Of a stretch of DNA of 64,000 nucleotides, positions 1 to 11,053 are shown piece after piece. The DNA is from Lytechinus pictus (taxonomy: Eukaryota), in contig NC_087251.1 in assembly GCF_037042905.1 (NCBI RefSeq), forward strand, positions 40,240,001 to 40,304,000, in the 5' to 3' direction. Position numbers and translations under genes: made by a program. Below the pieces are notes generated by a model. That model made no database searches. It was not told the DNA's origin and saw only the letters and a list, made by a program, of their open reading frames with translations. The stretch's first letter is position 1, and each line of letters begins with the position of its first letter.

Positions 1-124
1 GTCACAAACCACCTTGCATAGTTCATTTGATTTGATTCTTATGAAAATCCCGATGTTTAATGCATCAGTGAGCACACAATATTCGAAAATTATGCAAATG
101 AGAAGAAAGTTCAAGGCCTTGGCC

Positions 125-238
125 CAGTGGCGTACCTAGGATTTTCCACAGGGGGGGCAAAACCGTCCGCCAAAAAAAAAAAAAAAAAAAAGGTCTTCGA
201 TCACAAATAAAGGATTTCGTACCAGAAAAAAATTGACA

Positions 239-272
<34 letters not shown>

Positions 273-435
273 TCTTCAAGCTCGTCAGGGGGGCATTGAA
301 GGTCTTAAAGCTCGTCAGGGGGGGGGGGCAAAAAAGGTTTTTCAAGCCCGTCAGGGGGGGCAAAGATACGTTTTTGCATGGGTTGTGACTCGTCAGGGGG
401 GGGCAGAGTGCCCCCTCCCCGTAGGTACGCTAGTG
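125..435. mobile_element. hAT-type MITE
   Basis: TIRs CAGTGGCGTACCTA / TAGGTACGCTAGTG; exact 8-bp TSD CCTTGGCC (117-124, 436-443); internal ctcgtcaggggg subrepeats. Confidence 0.85.
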
Positions 436-1189
436 CCTTGGCCCCACTCTGTGTCGTATCGAATGGTTATTTTGGTGTGCGCGCCTTTTGGATAGTGTTA
501 CTCTGAAGCCATGTACGAAGTTTCATGAAATAACTATTGGCAGAAGTAACAAAAACCGTCCATGAAACAAACCCTCATTTCATATTTGTTAAAATTTTGA
601 CTTCGTCTCTCATAGACTTATGTACATTATGGGTGCACCTCTTTAAGAATAAGTAACCCCTTATTCAATATAGTGGAACTTTTTTTCACGTCTGTCTTTA
701 GCAATGTCATTTGGCAGTAATGTTAATCAACCTATGGGCAGAATTCTGTGCAAAAATGAAATCGATTTGTTTATTTATGGATGAGTGAGCACGCATCAAA
801 GTGGGAAAATTGGTATTTTCAATGTCACAGACTCATTTTAAAGGGTAATAAAGTGAATATTGGGGGCAAATTCGGTTTCAAATTGCTATTGTTTTTATCA
901 TCCATCATTTCTATCACCACACACTTCCCGAACTTTAAACATTTTCATGGTTGAGCGAGCACATTCGAAAACTTAGGAATGAATACTCTTTATACTGCAT
1001 AAATGTATTCTTTTCCTAACAATTCCTCATGATCAGTTTAATTTATGGACAAATCAGTGGTGGGTCCAGAATTTTAAAATGGGGGAGGGGCCTTTAATCG
1101 GGGGAGCCACCAACATTATCAAATTTTAACATGATCTAACAAGTTGTAGAGGATACTACCATAAACCCCTATGATGATACGTCACAATA

Positions 1190-1350
1190 CAGGGGCCGGG
1201 GAAGGGTTTTCAAAGTGGGGGGGGGGGGGCTAGCCATGCAAAAAATCATAATCGTATGGTCATTTTTACATTTTTGTACATGCTTTTGGAAAAAATTGAG
1301 GGGGGGAACTGAAGCTCCCCGCCCAGCACCCCCCCCCCCCGCGGCCCCTG
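1190..1350. mobile_element. Short MITE with CAGGGGCC termini and 5-bp TSD (intact copy)
   Basis: CAGGGGCCG...CGGCCCCTG; TSD CAATA (1185-1189, 1351-1355); homologous in reverse orientation to 6071-6157 plus 8365-8398. Confidence 0.8.
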
Positions 1351-2203
1351 CAATACATTGTGCTCACTCAACCATGAACATTAAGATATCAAAATTGTGT
1401 GTGGAGTGGCTAAATGATGGATAGTAAAATAGCATAACACCATACAATTCACCTAAAGACAACATTTGCCCAACTTTGTATTTGCACAATCTGAAAAACG
1501 ACTCTTGTGACTTTCAAAAATGGTCATTTTTTATTCAATCTTTAATTACTCATGCATGACTCAACCGATCAATTTTATTTTTCCCCAGGAGTTGCTTAAT
1601 GAGTGTAGAAAACCACCTACGGAATATCATATCTCAAAATAATTCCGTTCAAAAGTTACAGCAATTTGATTTAGGGGGGACTTACTTTTTTTGTTGTGTA
1701 TAGATTAAAAGATGACAAAATGGCAAACAATAGCGGGAAACGAAGGTAGAATGGAATTAGCTAAAAGCTAAAATTGGAAAACAAAGAAAAGGGACAAGAA
1801 AAAAACACTTAAAAACACGACCGGGCTGCCGAGGATTGAAAATAAAGAGCGGGAAGAGATGGACTGCATACAACATTGTGCTATAAGCTTGCTAAATTTT
1901 ATGCAAATAAGCTACCGGGGCTTTGTCCCAGACCCCACGCAGTAGGGGCTCTATATTACGCCCCCCTGTAGGGAGCATGGACCCTTCCTACATTAAGCTT
2001 TACGTTCAATCATTGACGTACAGGCGCGGGGGGGGGGGGGTCTTGGTTCCACACCCAAGAGGAAATAAAAGAAATTAAAGGAGACAACGTATAATGAAAT
2101 TAATGAATGGAAACAATGAAATGTGTTATTTGCTGATTATAATGAAAAAAATCTATCACATAATTATAATTTAATTTCAATAGGCAATATTTTTTTCCAC
2201 CTG

Positions 2204-2792
2204 TTTCACGACTGTTTCAGAAACGGATTTTGAATTCTCTTTTTTGTCACATCATGGGCACTGAAGAAGAGTGTGACTTTACCTTTCATTTTTTAGAGCT
2301 ATGCTCCTTTTAAAATCTACGATTTTATTTCTACGGCATTTACCAAACGATTTATGATTATTTTATTCCATATGCCGAAGCAGACTATTTCTATTTTACT
2401 CAGGTACTCTTTACTGCTAAACCTCGACTGTTGGCGGTGAGGCCCTTTTCAGATTTTCCTGTTTTGGAGCCGGAGATTCGCCATTGTCATCTTGCAGTCA
2501 TGGCAACGCGTCTTAGATGCGTCTTTTACAGTGCACTTCCTCCATCTTCAGTGCTTTGATTTCTTTGAAAGGTGAGTTTCACAATCCGTATGCCCATGAA
2601 CAGACGTGTTTTTCACGACTGTTTCAGAAACGGATTTTGAATTCTCTTTTTTGTCACATCATGGGCACTGAAGAAGAGTGTGACTTTCATTTTTGAGAGC
2701 TATGCTCCTTTTAAAATCTACGATTTTATTTCTACGGCATTTACCAAACCATTTATGATTATTTTATTCCATATGCCGAAGCAGACTATTTC

Positions 2793-2797
<5 letters not shown>
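2204..2797 (+). repeat. ~190-bp direct duplication with ~407-bp period
   Basis: tttcacgactgtttcagaaacgg...gcagactatttctatt at ~2204-2397 and ~2611-2797. Confidence 0.85.

Positions 2798-2874
<77 letters not shown>
2796..2874. repeat. (TA)n microsatellite
   Basis: Uninterrupted TA run. Confidence 0.98.
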
Positions 2875-2876
<2 letters not shown>

Positions 2877-2938
2877 TATATTTATATTCTGACCTGAAAG
2901 CTTGATATTCTAAGCATTTTTGGTACCAATGATTAAGA

Positions 2939-3256
2939 GGTTCCATGACAATTGCTCCGCCGACATTTGCTCCGCCGACAATTGCTACGCAAAATACGAC
3001 AACTGCTCCGCCGACATTTGCTCCGGACAGTTTTTCCGCCGACACTTGCTCCGTCGACACTTGCTCCGCCGATATTTGCTCCGTCGACACTTGCTCCGCC
3101 GATATTTGCTCCGCCGACATCTGCTCCGCCGATATTTGCTCCGCCGACAATTGCTCCGCCGATAATTGCTCCGCCGACAACTGCTCCGATTATACGATAA
3201 TTGCTCCGCAACAATTGCTCCGCCGTCAATTGCTCTGCCGTCATGTGCTCAGATAA
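2939..3256 (+). repeat. 15-bp tandem array (TTGCTCCGCCGACAH)n; left arm of a putative foldback element
   Basis: Direct reading; produces spurious SAEQx/APPTx ORFs. Confidence 0.9.
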
Positions 3257-3393
3257 CAAAATTGCACGAACATCTTACAAATTGTGTTGTTCTTATTATT
3301 CGTTAATGTTTTATTTGTTTATTTATTTCATTCTCCCCCATCATCACAGCTTTCTGCTTGAAAAAACAAATTGTTCTCCCTGCCGCTCAGGCT

Positions 3394-4803
3394 TAGGCGC
3401 GTAGCCGGGGGGGGGGGATGGGGCGGTCGCCCCCCAAAAAAAGTCCCCAAAAAGAAAAAAAAAAGAAGGGAAAAAGAGAGGAGAAAAAGGAAAGGGAAGG
3501 GAGGAAAGGGAAGAAAGGTAGCTTTTTTTTTTTTTTTCTTTTTATTCTTTGGTTTTTTTTTCTCACTCTTGCTCTAAATGTATATATGAATTTTGCTTCC
3601 GCGCTGCGCGCGGTTAAATGACAATACTGAAGTTCTCCATTGTTTCCCAACACTGTTTTTCTACCTCAGCTATATGTGTTTCTTGCCAGTTAAAGTTCAA
3701 TTGTATACATTAGGGCATGGAATTAGAGAAAGGTTAGGCCGAAGTATATGGAGTTATCTTTTTTTTAATTGATCGCGCAACTTCTGGTCTGGTCGGCTCC
3801 GGTCGTGTAAAATCTTTATATCAATTTCTGCCGTCACCTCCATAAGTCAACTTCTCCCGCTTTTCAGCTCATTACTAAACAACCATCATTTTGGGGCAAA
3901 CAGGTACCTAATTTTAAAAGAGGAAGGTATAAAATTCGTGTCGTATTAAATAAAAAAAGTACAATATTTTTTATCAAATTCTATTAAACTTCATGTCATT
4001 CTCTGCACATTCATTTCCTGTCCTGTTTTGCACCCTCAGTTTGAAATTTTGAATGACACTTCAGTTTCTTTATAATTCAAAATGAAACGCTTCAGGATAA
4101 GTCAAAGAAATTAGGCATCCTTTTTTATATAATTTCAATAAATCACAGAAGTTTCAACTTTTTGCGCACTATTATCATTGTAATGAAGTTCAATAATCTT
4201 AGAAAATCAATTGAATTAGAGCCGATGGGGTATTAGAGATATCTGCATTTGATGAAACGTCCGCTCTTTGAAATTCCAGAGTTTCATTGCTCTTCGCGGG
4301 GAGGAATATCTTCCTCCCGGCATATAAACTTCTTCTCCTCTGTTTTGCGAGTTAAATATGTGCACTGTCGCTAAATAGTTTCTAATCAAATCTGATCTTT
4401 CCAAGGGAAGTATTCAATATATCATTGAGAATACCCTTTTCTCTGGACCCTTTACATGGCAAAAAAATTGATAAAAGCTTCAGCTTCCGCGCTTCGCGCG
4501 GGGTTATTATATTAATTTCCTCCATTGTATTCCTTTTATGTGCGTTCACAATCACTTTTGAAAACAAGGTTCAAAATCACAATATAGTCAACTGAATTGG
4601 AGCTGATATAGGTACTAGAGACAAGAGAGACGGCTCCTTTTCATTTTAATTTATGAAACACCAAAAGCTTCTTATCGGGAGGGGGAAACTCCCCCTCCCT
4701 GCACCCAACCCCTAGGGAGCGCGCTTCGCGCGCTCTGTAAGTGTTGGCACGCTTCGCGTGCATTTACCGCCCCCTCCAAAATGAAATCCTGGCTACGCGG
4801 TTG
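3394..4803. mobile_element. Non-autonomous TIR element (hAT-like termini)
   Basis: AGGCGCGTAGCC at left and GGCTACGCGGTTG at right; no clear TSD. Confidence 0.55.
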
Positions 4804-5014
4804 CTTCAATGATCATCACTGGCGTACAGATGGGGAGGGGCGTCCTAGGGGTCACGGATCCCCCTTTCTCCCTACCAATGGAAAACAAAAGAATAAAGGA
4901 AAGGAAAATAAATGTCATCCTTGTCTGGCTCCCTCCATTTTTGTTGTTGGCTCATTACGCTACTGGTGAGTCACTATAAAATTAGACTTCGGTTGTATTT
5001 TGTTCTATTCTGTG

Positions 5015-5230
5015 CAATAGCTACAATATAAATATATTTTGATAAATGAATATAATGTATATATCTCTCTCATAACGTCTAAAAAAATACTGTTGTTTTT
5101 AAAAGACAATAATATATATACCAGTAATATATATTAATGTCTTTTAAAAACAACATTATTTGTTTAGACGTTATGAGAGAGATACATACATACATTCATT
5201 TATTAAAATATATTCATATTGTCGCTATTG
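5015..5230. repeat. Palindromic hairpin element
   Basis: caatagctacaata...ctctctcataacgtctaaa...tttaaaagaca mirrored by tgtcttttaaa...tttagacgttatgagagag...tattgtcgctattg. Confidence 0.85.
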
Positions 5231-5255
5231 TCCCTCTTCTGGTAAATATATCCAA

Positions 5256-5463
5256 AATATTCAATTAGCGCATCACGCTCTCATTTCTTTTACGAGATAT
5301 CCCCCCAGGTATGCTTCATGTTTAAAATTTAAAAAAAAATGCGTATAAATAGAAAGGGGACATTTATACGCATTTTTTTTAAATTGTGAACATGAAGCAT
5401 ACCTCGGGGGGGGGGGGGGATCTCGTAAAAGAAATGAGAGTGCGATGCACTAATTGAACATTT
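5256..5463. repeat. Second adjacent palindromic hairpin element
   Basis: ctctcatttcttttacgaga...atgcttcatg...aatgcgtataaat mirrored around a ~11-nt loop. Confidence 0.85.
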
Positions 5464-6070
5464 TAATTATCCTTTTTCTATCAGTGAAGAATACAATCAT
5501 GATCAACATAAAACACAAAAGCAACTCACTATTATTTATATTATCATATTTATCTAAAAACCTACGGTGTATATGACATGATGTGGATGTGGAGACCAGA
5601 GCACTGTGTATACGAGAAGATATGGAAACCAGAGTGGAGGGGTGTGTCGAGAAGGTGACACGACATGTAGCTTTCCACAAGTTGGTATTTTCGTGAATAT
5701 TAATTTTTACTTACTGAATGTCTTGGTCATGTATGTGAGGGACAAAATTTGCCGACAGTAAACATTTTGCATGACTACAGTACAGGTTTTCGACAAATAA
5801 GTTGGGGTACCGTTGAATTTCACCTGGAGCAAATATCTCCACTTCGGAGCATATTTAGCCAGAGCGAGTTTGACGCTAAGAATGGGGTATATCTAAGTTT
5901 TTTTGTACTGTCATAATTATTACACGAGCACGCGTATTTTTTTCTTCATTTTAATCACCAGTCACGTAAAAACACTTACACAAAATGCCACCCCCATGAA
6001 TAAGAATTAAGAATATCTATCCCTCCTTTGTGCTTATCCCTCTTATTCTATTTCTTTCTATGTTATGTAT

Positions 6071-8398
6071 CAGGGACCGCGGAACTTTTTTTTCCAAAAC
6101 CGTGTACAAAAACGTAAAAATTATCATATGATTGTGGTTTTTAGCATGGTCAGCCCCTGTTGCACCCACAAATGTAATAACGCCCACAAATGTAATAACA
6201 CTTTACCCACAAATGTAATAACGCCCACAAATGTAATAACACTTTACCCACAAATGTAATAATTTTTGATCGCCCACAAATGTAATAATGACTTTACCCA
6301 CAAATGTAATAAATTTGAAGGGATTTTTGGACAATCCGTTCTAAACTAAAATCCTATAGTGATGCGTTCATATAGCACAAAATTGCAAAGTTTTTTTTCC
6401 AGACCCGATTAAATAAAAAATTATAACATAATTTAAAGTTTTTTTTCCAGACCCGGTTGTTTAAAAAATTACAACATAAGTCCAAAGTCTTTTTTCCAGA
6501 CCCAGTTATTAAAAAAATTATAATATAAGTCCAAACTAAGATACCATAATGATATTCCAGTGGAATAAAAATAAAAATCGAGCTTAGTCTTTTCTCCAAA
6601 CCCTGTTATTCGAAAATTATAAATAACAATACAACAACAACAAAAACAGTATAAAGACCCCACAATCTTATTAATGCTGGATAACATAGACATATAGCAT
6701 AGTCTTTCAGCCAGACCCAGTTATTTTTTTTTCAAAATAACACTAACAGTAATAATAAGAACATTTCAAATCTAAGACCAAACAATCCTTCAACCTAAGA
6801 ACATGTTTTAAAAAGAGGTTTAGAGCATTGTCTTTATTCCAGACCTAATCATAAAAAAAATACCCCCCCAAAAAAAATCTTCTAACATAAGACTTATGTT
6901 AGAAGATTTTTTTTTGGTATTTTATTTTTTTTTCTTAGACCATATCATATTCTCATTCTTCTGGAATAACACGAGTTTTAAAACATACTCTTTTCTCCAG
7001 ACCCGGTTATTTAAAAAAATGAATTTAAAAAACTTCAACAGTTCAAATCTAAGACCAATCTTCAAAAGTTACACCCTTACTGGGTGTAACTGGGTGTAAA
7101 AATGTGTATTTACCCCGCATCCAGTTTTTTTTTATAAATAATACTAAGACCCCTACAAAACATTGTAATAATGCATGGGTAAAGCAAACATCCTTTCTCC
7201 AGACTTGGTTATTATTTGAAAAAAAAGATAGTTTTTACAAATATTCTAAAACGAATACCCAATAATCTAATTACCGTGGAATAACATGAAGATCGATTGT
7301 AGACTTTCCTCCAGACACAGTTATTTCAAGAATAAAAAAGCAATAAAACCCAACCCCAACAACGAATCTAAAAACCAACAATCATCCAAATTAAGACCAC
7401 ATGTTTAGAGCGATGTCTTTATTCCAGACCCAGTCATTTAAAAAATAATTCAAACAGTCTTAAAAACACAAGACTTTGTCATATTCTTATTCCTGTGGAA
7501 TAACACGAGTATTATGCTTAGTCTTTCGTCTAGACCCGGTTATTTAAAAAATAAAGAAATATTGAAAAAAAAAATAAGACCAAATTTCAAAATTAAGCCC
7601 AGTTAAAATGCTTGGGTTTAGAGTGTTGTCTGTACTCCACACCCAGTTCTCTGAAAAATACAAATTAAGCGAAACTTTAATCTTAAAACTTAATCCCAGC
7701 ATCTTCTAAACTATTAAAACCCTGTGATAACGCATACCACGAAAACGACAAAATTAATCATCGGCGTAAACGTTCATATCTGAATGATACGCACCTTAAA
7801 ACCCAAGTTAACAATAACAACGTTATTCTACATCAATGGTATTGTGGGGTCTTTGTTGATATAGTTTGTTTGTTTTTATTGTTTCTTACAATTTCCTATT
7901 TTGAAATAACTGAGTCTGGAGCAAAGACTACACCAAAGGTCTTTGTTTTGTTGTTTTAGTTTGGACTTATATTATAATTTTCGAAGCAACCGGATCTGGA
8001 AAAAAGACTTTGAACTTATATTATAATTATTGAAACAACCGGGTCTGGAAGAAAAGACTTTGGATTATATTATACTTTCTTTAATAACCGGGTCTGGAAA
8101 AAAAAAGACTTTGTACTTTTGTGCTTTATGAACGTATTACTATAGGATTTCAGTTTAGAACGGATTCGCCAAAAATCCCTTCAAGTTAACTTTATTACAT
8201 TTGTGGGTAAAGTCATTATTACATTTGTGGGCGATCAAAATTATTACATTTGTGGGTAAAGTGTTATTACATTTGTGGGCGTTATTACATTTGTGGGTAA
8301 AGTGTTATTACATTTGTGGGCGTTATTACATTTGTGGGCGATTATTACATTTGTGGGTGTAACAGCCCCCCATTTTGAAAACCGTTCCGCGGCCCCTG
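6071..8398. mobile_element. CAGGGGCC-family MITE split by a 2.2-kb insertion
   Basis: Halves 6071-6157 and 8365-8398 rejoin to match 1190-1350; TSD TGTAT (6066-6070, 8399-8403). Confidence 0.85.
6158..8364. mobile_element. Non-autonomous foldback DNA transposon with TGT...ACA ends and long modular TIRs
   Basis: TGTTGCACCCACAAATGTAAT / ATTACATTTGTGGGTGTAACA; 17-22-bp terminal tandem units, then a mirrored unique segment and ccagacccggttatt subrepeats; TSD GCCCC (6153-6157, 8365-8369). Confidence 0.88.
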
Positions 8399-8534
8399 TG
8401 TATGTCATGCAAGCATAGTTTAAATTTACTTTGCAATATATTATAATATACAAATTTGTAAATTGACGTCTTCAGCCTGTGCTACAATTGTTATGCGCAT
8501 GAAAGTACGAATAAATAAATAAATAGTCGTCGCA

Positions 8535-8790
8535 TTATCGGAGCAATGTACGGCGGAGCCATTTTCGGCGGAGAAGATGTCGGCGGAGCAAATATTGATT
8601 TTGGCGGAGCAATTTTCGGCGGAGCAGATGTCGGTGGAGCAAATATCCGCGGAGCAATTGTCGTATAATCGGAGCAGATGTCGGCGGAGCAAATATCGGC
8701 GGAGCAAGTGTCGACGGAGCAACTGTCGGCGGAGCAACTGTCCGGAGCAATTGTCGGCGGAGCAGATGTCGGCGGAGCAATTGTCGGGTC
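8535..8790 (-). repeat. Same 15-bp array inverted; right arm of the putative foldback element
   Basis: ttgtcggcggagcaa units, reverse complement of 2939-3256. Confidence 0.9.
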
Positions 8791-9614
8791 AGAACAATAG
8801 ATGCGAGCGCGAAGCGCGAGCTGAACATTTTGAGATTTCGATCTGGAAAAATTGACATTTTAATGGACGTTTTTCATAAAGAACAAGATATCCAACAAAA
8901 GATTATTGCAAATCGAAGCGGGAGTTCTTTTGAGGTTTAGAACTGAAAACGTGTCATTCTATTCACCTATTTAATCATCAAAAGTATGGGTTTTTGCCAC
9001 AGAAATGATGCGAGCGCGAAGCGTGAGCTAAATTTTTTTTTATTCCAATCTGAGCACGATTTTAAATGAAATATGAGTTGTGTATGTCAATCTCGCTTGC
9101 TGATTTCTGTGAAACATTACAATCTTATTTTATTTTTTGCACATGCGGAATTATTGGGGGGGGGGGGGGCAAAACGATATGCTTACCCCCCAATATTTTC
9201 ATTGGTGGGGCGATCGCCCCCCCCCCCCAGAATCGACGCCTCTGCAGACCACAAAAAAGGAATGGAAAAAGAAAAAAGTGAAATATATTATTCTCCGGAT
9301 ATCATGTCAAAATCTATCACAAAATTGGATTTTTGTATTAAAAATGTCAAAATTTTTGCTCGCTCGCAACTTTTTTATTAAAAGATTAATTCTGCCCGAC
9401 TATCTAAAAGTAGTCGCCTCATTACACATACATGTACACATACACATACCCACACATGTACTGTATCTAAGCAATAGCTTAAATACAGCTTAGGCATGGC
9501 GGTTTGTCATTGTTCAAAACCCACCTTCACCCGACAAAATGATTTTAATTTTTTGTGTCGAAAATCTGTTGACCTGACGGTCAATCGGATCGGAATCGCC
9601 CTTGCCACTCACCC

Positions 9615-9679
9615 GTCTCTAGTGGTTAAGGCATTGGTGTTCAAAGCCGGGGGCCTAGGTTAGATTACCGGCAGAGGCA
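9615..9679 (+). pseudogene. Degenerate copy of the TCA tRNA-like module
   Basis: 7-nt deletion in the 5' part, mutated B box, same GTTCAAA loop. Confidence 0.65.
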
Positions 9680-10003
9680 TTTTTCATCATCACCAATTTT
9701 TCCAAAGATGCAGATAGCTCTGGGGAACCTTGATTTAAGCTACGCCTACCATTCATCTCTTCATTTATTTCTTTCACAACATATGGAGTTTCCAAAGCTG
9801 TTGTACCTGTATAATTTCTCACCTTTGTATAATTTGTCCCATAAATGTTCTGTTTCTAAGCAATAGCTTTGATCCAACTGAGGTATGGCGGCTTGTCATT
9901 GTTCAAAACTCACCTACATCCGACAAAGGAAAGTTAATTTGTGGCGTCGAAAATCTGTTTATCTGACGGTCAATCGAGTCGGGGTCGCCCTAGCCACTAA
10001 CCC

Positions 10004-10075
10004 GTCTCTGTGGTCTAGTGGTTAAGGCACCAGCGTTCAAAGCTGGGGGCCCGGGTTCGATTCCTGGCAGAGACA
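10004..10075 (+). tRNA. tRNA-like gene or pseudogene, 72 nt, anticodon TCA (Glu-like body)
   Basis: Acceptor GTCTCTG/CAGAGAC; D stem GTCT/AGGC; anticodon stem CCAGC/GCTGG with loop GTTCAAA; T stem CCGGG/CCTGG with loop TTCGATT; A and B boxes; T6 immediately downstream. Confidence 0.65.
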
Positions 10076-10416
10076 TTTTTTCGGCATTGCCCATTTTTCC
10101 AAAAAAAGGGCAGATAGCTCTGGGGAACCTTGATTTAAGCTACGCATACCATTGTTCTCTTCATCAATTTCTTTCACAAAATATAAAATAAAAGAGTTGC
10201 CAAAGCTGTTGTACATGTATAATTTCTCACATTTGTATACTTTCCCCTATACGTGTACTGTATCAAAGCAATATAGCTTTGATCCAGCTAAGGCATGGCG
10301 GCTTGTCATTGTTCGAAACCCACCTACACCCGACAAAGGAAATTATAATTGGTATAGTGTCGAAGATCTGTCTATCTGACGGTCAATCGGGTCGGGGTCG
10401 CCCTAGCCACTAACCC

Positions 10417-10486
10417 GTCTCTGTGGTCTAGTGGTTAAGGCACCAGCGTTCAAAGCTGGGGCCCGGTTCGATTCCTGGCAGAGTCA
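10417..10486 (+). pseudogene. Slightly damaged copy of the TCA tRNA-like module
   Basis: Two G deletions and one acceptor-stem mismatch relative to 10004-10075. Confidence 0.7.
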
Positions 10487-10576
10487 TTTTTTCGGCATCA
10501 CAATTTTTTTCTAAAGGGAAGATAGCTCTTGTTCTTTTCATTCATTTCTTTCACAACATATTTAAGTTTATGAGTT

Positions 10577-10880
10577 TTTGATTTGATTTGAATTTATTTT
10601 TCTTCTACATAACAATATAATATAACATAGATGTAACAAACATATATTGACAATAAATCAGGTATAAATCATTTAGCATAAAATTAATAGCAGAAGATGG
10701 ATTGCCATAGTAAGCAAAAAAATGCTTGAAAAATATGACAAACCGAAACATATTTTAACCATATAATCATATTATGAGCAGAATGGACAATAACAAATTA
10801 TTAAAGTATCAATTAAGTATAATATAAAAAAGAGAAGAACAAAATCTAACAAGCCAAAACTTGCTATAATATATATAATC
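10577..10880 (-). mobile_element. LINE 3'-UTR/tail fragment inserted into tandem unit 3
   Basis: Reverse-strand AATAAA plus (AAATC)n tail; host unit resumes at ~10883. Confidence 0.6.
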
Positions 10881-11053
10881 AAGTTGCATATGTATAATTT
10901 CTCACCTTTGTATAATTTGTCCCATATATGTAGGCTACTGTTTCTAAGCAGTAGCTTTGATCCAGCTGAGGCATGGCGGCTTGTCATTGTTCAAAACTCA
11001 CCTACACCCGACAAAGGAAATTTGATTGGTGGTATCGAAAATCTGTTTATTTA

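Noticed and set aside
2764..3259. Pentapeptide-repeat-like ORFs (SAEQx, GGAxx, CSADx), also at 8441-8858
   Set aside because: Open in several frames because of a 15-bp DNA tandem repeat; no splice or gene context
6165..6312. CRISPR-like short repeats
   Set aside because: No unique spacers, no cas genes, eukaryotic context; part of a TIR
9915..9975. Hammerhead ribozyme (retrozyme) in the tandem unit
   Set aside because: A CGAC...GTCGAAA stem is present but there is no CUGANGA core in the required position
10004..10075. Selenocysteine tRNA
   Set aside because: Only a 4-nt variable loop and standard 7/5 stems; lacks the tRNA-Sec long extra arm
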